This document shows positions 21,036-35,272 of a DNA stretch of 64,000 bases, in pieces; position 1 is the first letter of the stretch, and every line of letters begins with the position of its first letter. Where the stretch lies: NCBI RefSeq assembly GCF_006345805.1, contig NC_043013.1:46438001-46502000 (forward strand). The letters run 5' to 3'. A program made the position numbers and the translations under genes. The DNA comes from Octopus sinensis. Taxonomy: Eukaryota. The notes beneath the pieces are model-generated. The model saw only the letters and a program-made list of their open reading frames with translations. It had not been told where the DNA came from and did not search any database.

Positions 21036-22749
21036 TACCCCATATATATAATTGATTCATATACTCCCATGGGTGTGTTTATGCATCTATAGTACATGGG
21101 GTGGTATATGAATATACATATATGTGTGTGTGTGTGTGTATGGCTGTGTACCCTCCAGTATGAAGGCAGAATATTTTTGTCAGTATCACTGGCAAAACAA
21201 GTCAAATCCCGTTGGTCTACTGCGAAACAGGTATGATAGATATGTTAAGGCGTTTTCCGAGGGCATAGCGTAGTAGACGCCTGTCTTGGTGGATTGCATA
21301 ATCCCGAGAAGTCACTAGCAAACCACTTCAGTTAATTTTCCTTTAATTACTACAACAGTGCCTAATCTTTACTAATGGTTGCCTGTTCTAGTTGGTTAGG
21401 GTCAGCACTTTTCACATGAGAAATACGATGATTTTTCTTTCGCTTTAATACTATGATATAATTGTAAATCGAAACAGTACGAATTAATGTATAATTGTTT
21501 CCCTCTAGTATATTTGTTAAGTTCGTTCTCTTGTCTTTAACAACCTTACATTTTGTGAGTGTTAAAAATTTATAGCTAATTATTTTTCTTTATATGATAT
21601 AACAAGCAACGCGTACAAAAGTTGATGAATGCCAAATATTTTGTGTTAGTCTCGGTAATGAAATTCCCAGTGATATGTGAAAAAAGAAACACCTTTGTTG
21701 AGTCGGTTTGAGAAAAATGTTCGAAATAATGATAATTAGATGTCTTTCAGGTGTGAGTGGTTATGCTAATATTCCCATCTAATGAAATCATATGATTGAG
21801 GGAAGGGCGGGTCTGACTCCCTCACACCCCACACACCAGTTTCTTTATAGTCACGAAACACCAAAGACACACAGCTCTTTCTTCTGTATAGGAGTCATGA
21901 CAAATACAATGATTGCTGAGACGGAGCCGGTCCAGAAACATGTCTAAATTTTATGCAGTTCTCTGTTAGACTTACCCGGGACTCAGATATTGAGGTCTCT
22001 CTCCCAGAAGTACAGGTCCTGGACTTCTACGAAATTTGGTTAAAAATAAAATCAGGAATTCCTGGAATTGTATTCAATTTCCCAGCTGTATTAATCAAGA
22101 ATTAATTATAAATTGCTCGGGTGATTCATCAAGCGGTTTTTTTTACGCTATTTAAAGATCGTTCACGATGACATTTTCTCAGAAATTAGAACAATTGCAA
22201 GAGACAAGCGCTTGTTAACTCGGGAAATAAGAAACCTTTGCGGCGTTGAGAGTTCACAAGAAGAGGTAAATGGGGGGTGCCGGGTGTTTAAAGAGGTCGG
22301 GGTCTTTCTTAGAAGTACAATTTTAAAACCAGGTACATTATTTATTTTAAACACATAAAAAAACGAAAACAAAAACATTGTTGTTGGGATTAGAATATGA
22401 TTAGGACTAATATGTAATCAGAAACGTGACTGATGATGCGCCGAGGCCCTCTGTCCACATTTTGTCCCTTTTACATCTAATTTTGTAAATATGGCTTTTT
22501 GAATAAATATTATTAAAATTAAAGCAAATGATATAAATAGTTTATGCCATAAAAATTTAGAAACCTTGAGAGAACATGAAATAATTCGTGTTTTTTTTAT
22601 TATTGTAGAACTCGATGTAGATAAAGCTATAAATAATAGGGTATGAATAATGGATTAAAAACCTATTTGGATAGAAAAGTCGTAGTCTGCTGTGGGACTC
22701 GAACCCGCATCTTCTATAGCAGAAAACCAATTATCTTACTTAATAAGAG

Positions 22750-22985
22750 GCATTACTTAGATCATCTGAAGGTAATCTTCTGCATGCATCAAAGAAGTTC
22801 TCTGCCGAGTGCTGTGAAGACGAAGACATTGGTTCTCTTGAAAAAGTCTGCTATGTGTGCTTTGTATATTAGTGGATTCACTCTGGTGGAAACATTCAAG
22901 TATCTCCGGACCATTTCTACGAATGATGGAAAGCAGACGGTTGAATTATTTGCAAGAATTGTCGGCGCTGGTGCAGTAACGTGAC
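22750..22985 (+). pseudogene. Decayed RTE-type LINE RT fragment
   Basis: AVKTKTLVLLKK...LVETFKYLRTISTNDGKQTVELFARIVGAGAV resembles the 'KT.V...VEKFKYLG...DG...EI..RI..A' RTE motif. Confidence 0.7.
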
Positions 22986-23204
22986 AGCTTCATCATTCAG
23001 TCACCTAAAGAAAGAAGTTAGGTGAAAAGAGCCGGACTTCAATTCGGTTTTAGTTCTTCCCTTACCAATAATAATGAATCTTGGGTTGTGACCGAAAGAG
23101 TGCGATCACGAATATCAGCAGCCAAGTTGGAATTATATTATTTGTTAGGATATAGGGTTCAAAGATCAGGAATTTGCTCTCGGTCGGGCCGCTATTTCTC
23201 CATA

Positions 23205-23420
23205 TTGGTTTCAAATTTTGGCACAATGCCAGCAATATCGGAAGAGAGAGTAAGTCGATTACATCGACTCCCGTACTCAACGGGTACTTATTTTATCGAA
23301 CCCGAAAGGATGAAAGGCAAAGTTAACCTCGGGGGAATTTGAACTTAGAACGTAGAGACGGACGAATTGCCGCTAAGCATTTTGTCCGGCGCAGTAACAA
23401 TTCTACCAGCTCATCGCCTT
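23205..23420 (-). mobile_element. SINE family B, tail variant 2
   Basis: ATATTGGTTTCAAATTTTGGCACAA...GGTACTTATTTTATCGAACCCGAAAGGATGAAAGGC. Confidence 0.85.
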
Positions 23421-24332
23421 CTTACTTCTCCATATTGATAGTTCACAACCCCTGGTACTACATGTGATTAAAATATATCAGTAAAAAATCGTAGGACAGG
23501 CTTTACAAGAACGGCCAACCGGTAGGACATCTAAGAATAAATTACAAGCGAGATGTTTTAAAAATGTCCATCGATTCAGGTGGTCTCGCTTGGAGATTTG
23601 CCCAGATTATTTGCTGACGGTCGCTTATGATGGCATCCTCTTCTGAGAGCGAGTCTGAAAAACTTAGCTCCAACGGTTCTCACTGGATAAATGGACAGCG
23701 AAGTTGATGGATGGATGAGACGGAGATGTCAAAGAGGGGCATAGACATGGCTTGCAATTTATCAATAATAAGATAGAAGGTATTATGCTGATTTTTGTTC
23801 CTTAAAAGCTGTTTTTGGGGAATTTATTATTTTTATAAAATACCGAACTTTTCAGACAACGAATTTAGTGTTATTCATGCTGTTTGTATCAACAATGGAA
23901 CTAATTAAAAATTGGTAAAGGTAACAAAAAAAGAAAAAAAAGGATGGAACCTTGATTTCTGAAGATGTGATTGTTATTATCCTACAAGACTTAATCAACA
24001 AAACACTCCGAAATCCTTCACGTGTCAAGAAAGCATCGATTGACAAAGACATAAAAATTTAAGTGGTTGATGAAGTACTGAGACAATCCTGTTTTAATTT
24101 TAGATGCACCTGATTCATTTCTGATTTTGCCATGAGAGATTACGTTGGAAAATATCTCAAGGAAACTGTATGAAATGAAGAATCTATGAGAGAAGAATCG
24201 CCTTATATCCTATTGCGAATCCGGATCCAAAATGACAGAAACATCCATTCCAGGGATCAATTTCCCTCATTGACAAAATTGCTGAGAACAATCAAAGGAA
24301 TATTCGATCATGTTATGATCCCCAAAACGGTC

Positions 24333-24502
24333 TTTTATCTTTTATCTTTTACTTGTTTTAGCCATTAGACTAGGGCCATGATGGGGCACAGCCTTAAAAA
24401 AATTTAGTCGAACAAATCAATCTTAGTAGTTATTTTTTAAAAGCCTGGGACGTAACCTCACCAACACCGGTTCTCAAGTTGTGGTGGGGGACAGAGACAC
24501 AA

Positions 24503-24533
<31 letters not shown>

Positions 24534-24713
24534 CACACACGCATGTGTATACGACGGTCTTCGTCCAGCTTCCGTCAATCGGTTCCATTCATAAGGCTTT
24601 ACTCGGCCGAGGCTATAGTAGAAGACACTTGCCCAAGGTGCCACACAGTGGGACTGAACCCGGAACCATGTGGCTGGAAGTAAACTTCTTACCACACAGC
24701 AACACTTGCGCCT
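24333..24713 (-). mobile_element. SINE family A, diverged
   Basis: Reverse-complement homology to family A. Confidence 0.85.
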
Positions 24714-25249
24714 ACTGTTAAAAAGACTGAAAATGTTTGAAATTTCTGGACATAGACATGTTAACCTGAAGAATCTCTATTTTTTTTAATCCTCAGTACC
24801 TTTCTCCCATCTAACATCGAAATAGAAAGTGCGTTTTTCTATGGCAGGAATCTTTGTTCTAAAGTTGAGAAGTCTGAGCAACAATAACTGTATCAACTGA
24901 AACCGTGACATTGCCATCGATCACAAGCGTTTATGACTTTTGTTAATTGCTTTAGGGGCCTATATCGTAGTAAGCAAACACACAGATGCCCCCTCAGTCC
25001 TTCCAGTCCTTGAGCCAAAGGAACTCCTAGTACGTGAAAGCTGAAGGGAGTGAGGGTTGCATCAGTAATGGGCTGGTACTCATTTTTGGCCGAGTAGATT
25101 GAAGCAATTTGAAATTATGCATCTTGCCGATGTATCGTACCGCCTGTATTAAAAATTGAACTCACCACCTCATGAACGTAAGCTCAACGTCCAAACCTCA
25201 CATCATCAACAATAATATTTTTTAAAAAAATTGATGAAAATACCAGTCA

Positions 25250-25478
25250 TCGAATTTGATTTTGATTTGATTTCACTTGCCTCAACAGGTCTTCGCAAGT
25301 AGAGTTTAGTGTCCAAAGAAGGAAAAAGTACGTATAAGTGGGCTGGTTACGCCCCTGGCATAGGTCACGAGGCTATGGCCTCATTTCGCTTGTCGGGTCT
25401 TCTCAAGCACTGCATATTTCCAAAAGTCTCGGTCACTAGTCATTTCCTTGGTGAAGCCTAAAGTTCGAAGGTCGTGCT
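25250..25478 (-). mobile_element. 3' end of an RTE-clade LINE (ORF end plus 3' UTR)
   Basis: Minus-strand HDLRTLGFTKEMTSDRDFWKYAVLEKTRQAK*, followed by a UTR ending in (AAATC)n-like repeats. Confidence 0.8.
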
Positions 25479-25521
25479 ATACATGTATATATATATATAT
25501 ATGTATATATGAATGTGTATA

Positions 25522-25733
25522 TAGGGGGTACTGAAAAGTTCCTGGCTTTAAGGGTATCGCGAAAGGCTTGGATGGAAACCTAACCCTCTGAATTTTTTTC
25601 AAACGGCTTAGAAAAACTGAGGGACCGCCGCAATGTGTGTGAATCTGAGAGGGCAATATGTTGAATAAAATCCTCTTGATCCTCCTGTACTTTCTTTTAC
25701 CCAAAGCCAGGAATTTTTCAGCTCCCCGTCGTA
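25522..25733 (+). mobile_element. Internally deleted mariner element (MITE)
   Basis: TIRs GGGGTACTGAAAAGTTCCTGGCTTT / AAAGCCAGGAATTTTTCAGCTCCCC, TA flanks, internal LEKLRDRR...CVNLRGQYVE* (mariner transposase C-terminus). Confidence 0.88.
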
Positions 25734-26351
25734 TGTATCTTTTTACACACATTTAAAATAACGAATTCCGGGAAACTGAGAATCCATATCTGTGACGTAT
25801 CTTTAAAGCCAATCACTCACTTACTAAGCTATTTTCAGCACTTTTCTAAATTATTCTCAATGGGTTTCTAAAATTCTATTCACATCTTAGAGAACAATTC
25901 CATTTAGTTGGCGTTCTTTTATTCTTTTATTGGTTTTTAGACTCTAGACTGTGGTCATACTGGAGCACCGCATCGAAGGGTTTTGTCGATTACATTATTT
26001 GATCAAATCTAATTGTCGGAAAGTTAAGTTACCGGACATAAACGTAAGCACACTCATACACGATCATATATACGACGGGCATATGTTCGGTTTCTGTCCA
26101 CAAATTTCACTTATAAATCTTTGGCTCCCCATAGTGCTATACAATGGGATCAAACTTGAAACCAGGTATTTGCATAACGAAATTCTTAACGACACAGTTA
26201 TACCAGCGTCTGCACACATTCTTCATATAAAATTAGTTCGGGTTTACTAAAACGATGTATATCAATGAACGCAACCCCAAAAATCAATGATCAATAATGA
26301 ATTTCAAATAAAAATAGATTATAACAAATAAAAATTCATCAATTACACTTT

Positions 26352-26565
26352 TTTTTATTTGTTTCAGCATCGCCTTTAGTCGAGCAAATCGACCCCAGGA
26401 CTTATTCTTTGTAAGCCTAGTACTTATTCTGTCGGTCTCTCTTGCAGAACCGCTAAGTGACGGGAACGTAAACACACCACCATCAGTTGTCAAGCGATGT
26501 TGGGAGTACAAACACAGACACACAAACATACACATACATACACACACAGACACTCACACACACAC

Positions 26566-26614
<49 letters not shown>

Positions 26615-26778
26615 CGACGGGCTTCTTTCAGTTTCCGTCTACCAAATCCACTCACAAGGCTTTGGTCGGCCCGAGGCTATAGTAGAAGACACTTGCCGAA
26701 GGTGCCACGCAGCGGGACTGAACCCGGAACCAAGTGGTTGGTAAGCAAGCTACTCACCACACAGCCACTCCTGCGCCT
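26352..26778 (-). mobile_element. SINE family A
   Basis: Homology to family A. Confidence 0.92.
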
Positions 26779-27080
26779 ACCGTTCCATATATTTCATATA
26801 AAGGTTCCACATCTTGCTTCTTGGTTTGGTTACAATGGTGCGACCAGAGCTTTTAAGGGACATGACATCTCACACAGTGTAGCAGTTCCATGTTCATATT
26901 GTCCTTGTACGATCGGTGAAATCCCATTAATTCGTGACCCAATAAACTAGCATCTTTTGCGCTTCAGTAACTTTTCTAGCACCGCCACGGACCACCGGCA
27001 TTGCTCTATCGGTATTTAGCTTCACGTTTAGGAGAACTGTCTTCAGGACCTAAATGTTTTGTATCTATTTTTATGCACCT

Positions 27081-27303
27081 AGGCGCAAGAGTGGCTGTGT
27101 GGTAAGTAGCTTGCTTGCCAACCACACGGTTCCGGGTTCAGTCCCACCACTTGGCACCTTGGGCAAGTGTCTTCTACTATAGCCTCGGGCTGACCAAAGC
27201 CTTGTGAGTGGATTTGGTAGACGGAAACTGGAAGAAGCCCGTCGTATATATATATATCTGTATATATATATATAAATATATGTGTGTGTATGTGTGTGTG
27301 TAT

Positions 27304-27351
<48 letters not shown>

Positions 27352-27578
27352 TGTGTATGTTTGTGTGTTTGTGTTTGTCCGACCAACATCGCTTGACAAC
27401 CGATGCTGGTGCGTTTATGTCTCCGTAAATTAGCGGTTCGGCAAAAGAGACCGATAGAATAAGTACTAGGCTTCCAAAGAATAAGCTCTGGTGTCGATTT
27501 GCTCGACTAAAGGCGGTGCTCCAGCATGGCCGCAATCAAATGACTGAAACATGTAAAAGAATGAAAGAATAAAAGAAT
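27081..27578 (+). mobile_element. SINE family A, full length
   Basis: Homology to family A. Confidence 0.92.
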
Positions 27579-27649
27579 ACCTACAGATTATCCACCCGTT
27601 TCTAAAAACATCTTCCAATGATAGCTATTATGATAAATACAAGAAAGGG

Positions 27650-27780
27650 TGTAAGGTCGACCTTGCTTTTCATCCTTTCAGGGTCGATAAAATAAGTACC
27701 AATTGATTCTGGGGCTGATGTAATCGACTTACCCACTCCGCTGGAATTGCTGGCCTTGTGCCAAAATTTGCAATCAACAT
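27650..27780 (+). mobile_element. SINE family B fragment, tail variant 2
   Basis: GGTCGACCTTGCTTTTCATCCTTTCAGGGTCGATAAAATAAGTACC. Confidence 0.8.
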
Positions 27781-28090
27781 GAGAAAGGGTGAGGGAAAGA
27801 AAGTATATAATTCCCACAGTGCAACCGGAAATTGAAATGATATAGCGCTTGAACAGCGTAAACCACATCGCCATGTTTTCCAGCAATCTATAGCATTAAG
27901 AAACAATACGACAAATTAATCCAATTTATGGCTGGTTCAGAGACAAGTAAATGTGTTGATATGTGGCAAGCATTTGAAAATAATAGAAAGTTTTAAAACT
28001 AAAAGCTGCTTTTAATTTAAGGACGACCTAAGAACACGCCGATTTTAGTGAAGATGCCGAGCAATCAAAGGAAACGGGTATCGTGATGGC

Positions 28091-28403
28091 TTTTGTTTTG
28101 TTTGTTCCTTCTCGAGCCATGCCTGGCTCATAAGGCCCTGTTTCCCGGTTTCCTTGGCGTATAGGTTACCCACCTGGACGGGACGCCGGTCCGTCGCAGG
28201 TGAGCTGCAAGATGCAGGAGGAAAGAGTGGAGAAAAAGTTGTGGCGAAAGAGTCAGCAGAGGTTCGCCATTACCTTCTGCTGGTGCCGCGTGGAGCTTAG
28301 GTGTTTCGCTCATAAACACACACATCGCCCGGTCTGAGATTCGAACCCGCGATCCCTCGACCGCGAGTCCGTTGCTCTAACCACTAGGCCATGTGCCTCC
28401 ACT
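28091..28403 (-). mobile_element. tRNA-headed SINE with V-domain-like block
   Basis: Sense strand AGTGGAGGCACATGGCCTAGTGGTTAGAGC...GGGTTCGAATCTC...CCTGCGACGGACCGGCGTCCCGTCCAGGTGGG...GGAAACCGGG. Confidence 0.88.
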
Positions 28404-28977
28404 GATGGCTTTTGTGTTTACATTCGGATGGTTTAAAGATTTAAAAAAAAAAGTTGACAATTTAAAACTTAATTTTTTCCGAAGAAAAGAAGACATAAAA
28501 AAAATTGCATGTCTTTTTTTAATGTTGAGTTTCAATATACCGGCATAGTTGATAATCCGGAATTGCCCCGGTCCCAAGGACCAGTTTAGCAGGGCTACAC
28601 AGTACTCCAGTTCACACTATACCTTTAAGCTTCCTATTAGCACTGTTACATTACTCATATATATCACAACAATAGAGATTTATAAATCGTGTTGAACATG
28701 TCAGTGGCTTTATTGTTAACGTAGTCCACCCCCATAAAGTATGTTAATAAATACGCCGTATCAGACTTCATCGACGCAAGATCAGAACGGCACAACTGTT
28801 TACTACATTGTCATATCAACGTGACTTATCTAACGAAACAAAAAAGTTTTGATCTGCAGAAAACTGGTCTTTCTTGAATATACAATAGAATTGCGTTAGA
28901 AATCGTGTGGGTTTGTTTCTAAAGCGCATCTCAGAAGAATTCCCTCGCAGATACGTCATCAGGAAAACTCACTCAAG

Positions 28978-28988
28978 GATATATATAT

Positions 28989-29053
<65 letters not shown>

Positions 29054-29063
29054 TATATATTAT

Positions 29064-29108
<45 letters not shown>

Positions 29109-29185
29109 ATTTCCTCTATTTACATAATATTGAGGTCTCTTTCTTTCTTTTGTTATCTTACCGTTTTACCAATATATATATATAG

Positions 29186-29284
<99 letters not shown>

Positions 29285-29313
29285 ACATGTATATATGTAT
29301 GTATGCATGCATG

Positions 29314-29394
<81 letters not shown>

Positions 29395-29440
29395 GCGTGC
29401 GTTTGTGTGTGTATATACTTATGTATGCATACACATACAT
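28978..29440. repeat. (TA)n-rich tract with an embedded 68-bp repeat (29106-29173)
   Basis: Direct reading. Confidence 0.9.
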
Positions 29441-29504
29441 ACATACATTAAATCTAGTGTGATTTGCTTTCATGATATTATCATTAAAAGAAGACACAAA
29501 CAAA

Positions 29505-29722
29505 CTCATGGCTTAGTGGTTAGGGGTGTTGGCTAAGGGTATTAATGATCATAAGATTGTAGTTTCGAATCCTGGACGGGGTGATGTGTTCTTGAGCAAA
29601 ACATTTCATTTCACTTTCTCCAGACTACTTAACTGGTAAAAATGAGTAATCCTGTTATAGACCAGCATCCCATTCAGGAAGGAATATTTGCGCCAGAGAA
29701 ACCAGGAAACCGGTCCTATGCT
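29505..29722 (+). mobile_element. Diverged family C SINE with V-like tail
   Basis: Homology to the reverse complement of 49181-49437. Confidence 0.75.
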
Positions 29723-30319
29723 CCTTACAAAGTAGAATGCACAATTTTATATGCAAACAATTCCTTGTTAATTAAAATTCTATTTTCTCTCAATCCAACA
29801 ATCCGGCAGGCTCGATAGTTCGGGGCCCTGGTTTTTGCCCTTCACCAATTGTTTTTCCTAAGCGTCGTCACTGGCCGTCGACATCACTTCAGCATTGTTT
29901 ACATCGAAGTTGTTTAAGAATTGTATCCAGCACTTAAGGGTTTTCTACCAACCTCTGTCAACTTAGACACTGTCCATCTGTTTGTGAAAATCGTTAATTT
30001 TCTCCCTTCCGAAATTTCTCACCTCGTTTCCCTGAGTTTGGGACAAATTCCAAGATTACTTACAATATTAAAATTTCTATATATGTGTGTTTGTGTCTCT
30101 ATTCGTGTTGACGTTTTCACCAAGGTAAATTCTGTTATTATTTAAAAGTGTGTCACAACGTCCTGTAATTTAGTGGCTCGAAAATGGGGTTTATTAAATA
30201 ACTACTAAACTAAAATAACCTCTGTGGTCGAAATGATCAAATAAAACCTTTGAAGGATGTGCTCTAGCGTGGCCTCAGTCCAATGATCGGAGCCAATAAA
30301 AATGAAAATCATGTGTAAA

Positions 30320-31400
30320 TTTTTACCTGAATATGCAGTGTTTATCTTGTTGACTGTTGAAGATATTAAAGTTATCACTACCCATCCAGTTCTCCAAAAT
30401 GGCAGGATCTACGTAGACACATTTCTTTGACTGCACACTTCTGAAGATGTGCCTTTCCACCCGAAATATAAAGGTTTTAAAAACTTCCTGCATTGTTAGA
30501 AGCTTTCCTCATCTCTCATTAAAGTTATATTCTGTCTTCTTTTTCCCCCAGTTGGTTGCATAAATTTCATCTTCCCAAACAATGCTTTGATGCAACCAAT
30601 TTCCAAATATTGCAGCAGAAATCGAAGATATTTTTTATTTGGCAATAAACTGGGATTGCAGCTTATTTTTTTATCAGTTCTTTCACTACTTATGAATTAT
30701 GAGCCGTATGCATTTAAAACGGTTTCATTAAAGAGTCACCTAATGCATTACAGCTTAGCAATAATCTACAATTCGATCTGTAAATGTTTTGAATTCGCTA
30801 ACCATTGTTTTCTATTCTTGATATAAAAGTTTTCTTTGGCATATTCATCCATTGACCAGTTTCATCAGCATTAAATATTTGTTTTAAAGAAGAACCGTCT
30901 TCATTTTTTTTTTTTTTTTTTAGCTAAGTATAACAAATTTTTCAGCAGTTTCCCCATGCAATTTGATATTATTTAGAAAGCTTTCGTTCAAAGGATTCTT
31001 TAACCATTCCTCACCGCCTTAAAATCCAGGATGTCGCTGTTTAGATGTTTGATATGTAATGTTGATTTCAATGAAAATTCTTTCTACTTATTGTCTTACA
31101 GTAAAAGTGTCGAAAACCAATAATTTTTCGGGTTTTATCTTCATTCCAAAACAACGGAGTTATTTTCTATTGTTTCCAAAATATTACTACATATGTATAT
31201 CGTGTTTTGAGCATATTGAAAATCCTGCAGTTATGCTGGCTCTGGTTTTTCCTTCGTTTCTTTTAATTGTATTAACAGTTGCTTCGTTTCGTTTACATCA
31301 AACTATTTCACAGTTTCTATGGAACCCTTTCCTCTTTAAAGCTGAGTGAATATTTTACTTTTCATTTGCAGAAAATCGACTCTTTTTGGTCCGATTTTCG
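30320..31400 (-). pseudogene. Decayed Tigger/pogo (CENP-B HTH plus DDE_1) transposase
   Basis: Minus-strand fragments NEATVNTIKRNEGKTRASI, WLK...NNIKLHGETA, ADETG..NMPKKTFIS, FTDRI..LSCNALGD..MKP, IFGNWLHQ match Tigger1-like motifs; many stops and indels. Confidence 0.85.
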
Positions 31401-31537
31401 TTTGGAAAATAAATACTCTAATATTCAATTGTGAAAATATTTAGCAAAATATAAACCTTAAGTTGTCTTTGAGTGTTAGCGTTACAGCATTGTTGAAAAA
31501 TTGAAATTAGAGTTAAATAAAAAAAAAAAAATCAGTT

Positions 31538-32238
31538 AAGGCATGGGTGTATTAAGAAGCTCGCTTAGCAACCTTATAGATTCGGGTTCGGTCACACTGC
31601 ACGGCACTTTGAGTAAGCACTTTCTAGAACAGCCCCGGATCGACCAATGCCTTGTAAGTAGACATGATAGACGAAAACTGTGGAAGCTAGTTGTATACGT
31701 ATGTATGTATGTATGTATGTATGTATGTATGTATGTATGTATGTATGTGAGTGTGTGTGTGTGTGTACGTGTGTGTATGTATGTATGTATGTATGTATCC
31801 ATGTATGTATGTATGTATGTAGTATGTATGTATGTATGTATATGTATGTGTTTATGTATGTATGTATGTATGTATATGTATGTATGTATGTATTTATGTA
31901 TGTATGTATGTATGTATGTATTATGTATGTATGTATGTATTTATGAATCATGTATGTATGCATGTATGTATGTGTGTGTATGTGTGTATGTATGTGTGTA
32001 TTTGTATGTGTGTATTTATGTTGTATGTATGTATGTATGTATGTATGTATGTATGTGTGTATGTATGTGTATGTATGTATGTATGTTTATGTATGTATGT
32101 GTGTATGTATGTGTGTATGTATGTATATATGTATGTATGTATGTATGTATGTGTGTGTATGTGTGTATGTATGTATGTGTGTGTGTGTATGTATGTATGT
32201 ATTTATGCATGTATGTATGTATGTAGGTATGTATGTAT
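31538..32238 (+). repeat. Diverged family A 5' half (31538-31693) running into an about 550-bp (ATGT)n/(GT)n tract
   Basis: Direct reading. Confidence 0.85.
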
Positions 32239-32659
32239 GCTGCGTTACCATGAGTATTTGGTTAGAATATGTGTTACTGTAGATTCAGGTGGTTCTGAGT
32301 TTGATACAACTGCGGGGTATCTTGAGCAAATATCTTTTACCATAGGTTTGGTTTCTCGGTCTCTTTTGAACGGTATTTGAGAGAGAGAAACTGTACGGAT
32401 TCCGTTGTTTACTCACACACGCACACACTCACAAACACACACACACATACGTGCGCACAAACACATATAACTACACACACCTACACACACGTAATTTGTG
32501 TCTAAACGAAAGAAAAAATGGCGTTTACATTCATGAATGAATTACTTGTAGGCATTGAAAGTTTCATACGATTCGCTGTCGTCCAGGTTACGATGAAATG
32601 AACTGAGAAGTAGTGATATTTTGGCGGGACACCAGCGGAGCGGTTACTCATTGGCCGGA

Positions 32660-33030
32660 AGACGTTATATGGCGATCTGTTAGCAATTACATGCAACATG
32701 AATGGTCCCACCATGAATAAATTTAGAAAACACGCGATAGGAATATTCAAGCTATTCGAATTGAACAAGACAATTGGCTTCAATCTAATTGTAACTAAAT
32801 TTGTGGACATTACATGATATTTAGAAACAGGGCAAACTCCATCGCTACAGAGAGTCAAAGGATGAATCCAAACACAGTACAAAAATTCCAACCATCCTCA
32901 AGCCATAATCAAGAATCTTGTGGACGATTTAAGTAGAAGAGTTTCCGACCAATCCAGAACATTTTCAAACAAGGCGCCCCTATTACAGTGGCGTAAATAA
33001 GAAGTGGATATTGCGAGAAACTAGTTTACA
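32660..33030 (+). pseudogene. Decayed Penelope-like element RT fragment
   Basis: LYGDLLAITCNMNGPTMNKFRKHAIGIFK...KFVDIT*YLETG...KNSNHPQAIIKNLVDDLSRRVSDQS...SGYCEKLVY matches the PLE 'LYRDDGL...FLDVT..L..G...SNHP..IIKNLP..I.RR.S...SGY' pattern. Confidence 0.85.
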
Positions 33031-33053
33031 AGGAATGACCCCCTATCCTTACT

Positions 33054-33056
<3 letters not shown>

Positions 33057-33089
<33 letters not shown>

Positions 33090-33375
33090 AAGGGGAGATA
33101 GAGACTGAGAGAGAGAGAGAAAGAAGGGGGGAGAGAGATTGAGAGAGAGAGAGAGAGAGAGAAAGAAGGGGAGATAGAGACCGAGAGAGAGAGAGAGAAA
33201 GAAGGGGAGAGAGAGATTGAGAGAGAGAGAGAGAGAAGGAAGGGGAGATAGAGACCGAGAGAGAGAGAGAGAAAGAAGGGGAGAGAGAGATTGAGAGAGA
33301 GAGAGAGAGAGAGAAGGAAGGGGAGATAGAGACTGAGAGAGAGAGAGAAAGAAGGGGAGAGAGAGATTGAGAGAT
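33057..33375. repeat. GA-rich minisatellite (about 36-42-bp units, (GA)n plus AAGAAGGGGAGA)
   Basis: Direct reading. Confidence 0.9.
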
Positions 33376-33715
33376 AAAGAGTGCGTGTGAAAGAATGAGG
33401 GAGACCCAGAGAATAAAAGGAAGGGCAAGGAAAGGAAGTAACAGAGGCAGTGGTACTTGTAAACAACTACCACTACTATAATATGACTACTGCTTCATTT
33501 GTTATGTGGTTACCATGTCGGTTGTGATTTTGACGGAATGTTTGAAGACGTATACGCATTGTATTGACTTTACACACGCGTAAGCATGCGTTTATGTATG
33601 ATCGAATGTGTATGTGAATCGTATTTTCTGGCGATTAACGAGTCGATTCTTCTCACCAACTCTCCTTTTTGTCGGCAGTCAATACCAATGTGCGCACACC
33701 ACCACAGAATGCACG

Positions 33716-33772
<57 letters not shown>

Positions 33773-34149
33773 TAATGTATAAGCACTGATATTTAGTGTA
33801 GGAACACAGACAGATAAGAAATAAATACATACAAAGATACATAAACACAAACAAACAGTTCTATAAATATCATACTGGAATACAAACCGACAGACTTGAC
33901 TTAGTTCTGAATAGACACCAGAGCCGTTTTATAGCAGCATTATCGACCCCCGAGCAAATCAATACTCTGGGGGCCCTTCAGTATTTATTGTCAGCAAGCC
34001 ACAGTATTCTCCAGACCTGTGAGGCTCCCGGGCAACTACTCAATGTGCTCATTCCTTAAAAGGAACAGGTAGACACAGAAGTGTTGCCTAATGGAAGGAG
34101 AGAAAATACCGCTAAATTGACGTGGCTATTTCGCTTCTTTGTATGAAAC

Positions 34150-34542
34150 ACTAGCAGTATCGCCCGGCGTTGCTCGAATTTGTTTCGACCCGCTGGAATT
34201 GGAATTTTTGAAAAGTAAAAATTTTGCATTATGTAGCTTGTTATTCTCTTCAAGTGAACATTTTTCTGGTTGAAATACACTGAAAAGTGGCGACACAGCA
34301 GTGAAAAAATCGTAAAAAATAGGGATTTTCATAGAAAAAAGCACCTTTTTGATGTAAATAAGTTTTGGTGTTAACATGGTCCGATTTGAATTTTATCTTC
34401 TACGGAAGGAAGAGCAACCCTTCTTCTATCATACTCTCAATTTTGGTCAACTTGCGCCGCAGAGTCTCGGAGGAGATAGTGTTAGTTGAAGGCTGCCAAA
34501 CCTGGCGCACACAGACAACTTCAGCTTTATATAGAGAGAGAT
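34150..34542 (+). mobile_element. Helentron/HINE-like element, second internal type
   Basis: 5' ACTAGCAGTATCGCCCGGCGTTGCTCG; 3' ACAGACAACTTCAGCTTTATATAGAGAGAGAT. Confidence 0.7.
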
Positions 34543-34807
34543 TCCTCGATGAATCGAAATTTTTCAACTCTATTTCATATGTGAGACCTTGCAATATTTG
34601 CATTAACAACGCAGACACATCACCACCACCGCTTCTGCCATCCCTGCGGTACATCTGTCGGCTTTAATGTCGGTATTATATAATCAAGCGCCACCACATT
34701 TTCCTCTTTGCTTGGAGAAGCAGAGTGATTCGATTTATGTGCCTAACTGTGTATGTATATATGTCTGTATGTATGTATGTATGTACGTACGTGAGTGCAC
34801 ATGTTTG

Positions 34808-35272
<465 letters not shown>

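Noticed and set aside
21145-21230. Candidate plus-strand exon ending CAG|GTATGA
   Set aside because: Two open frames, a weak acceptor and no recognisable peptide.
21959-22105. 48-codon open frame on +, and a strong GG|GTAAGT donor on -
   Set aside because: No matching donor on +; the longer minus-strand exon has stops in all frames and the 51-bp version is unsupported.
22420-22460. GAAACGTG-A-CTGATGA permuted hammerhead
   Set aside because: The triplet would be GUG (not cleavable) and there are no stems.
23900-24330. Possible decayed transposase
   Set aside because: Protein-like stretches with stops but no motif I can identify.
28550-28595. Twister-like CCGGTCCCAAG
   Set aside because: Required flanking pairings are absent; looks more like a DNA-transposon terminal sequence.
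28912-28970. Hammerhead-like CTGATGA plus stem on the minus strand
   Set aside because: Five extra nucleotides before GAAAC, no GUH triplet and no stem I.
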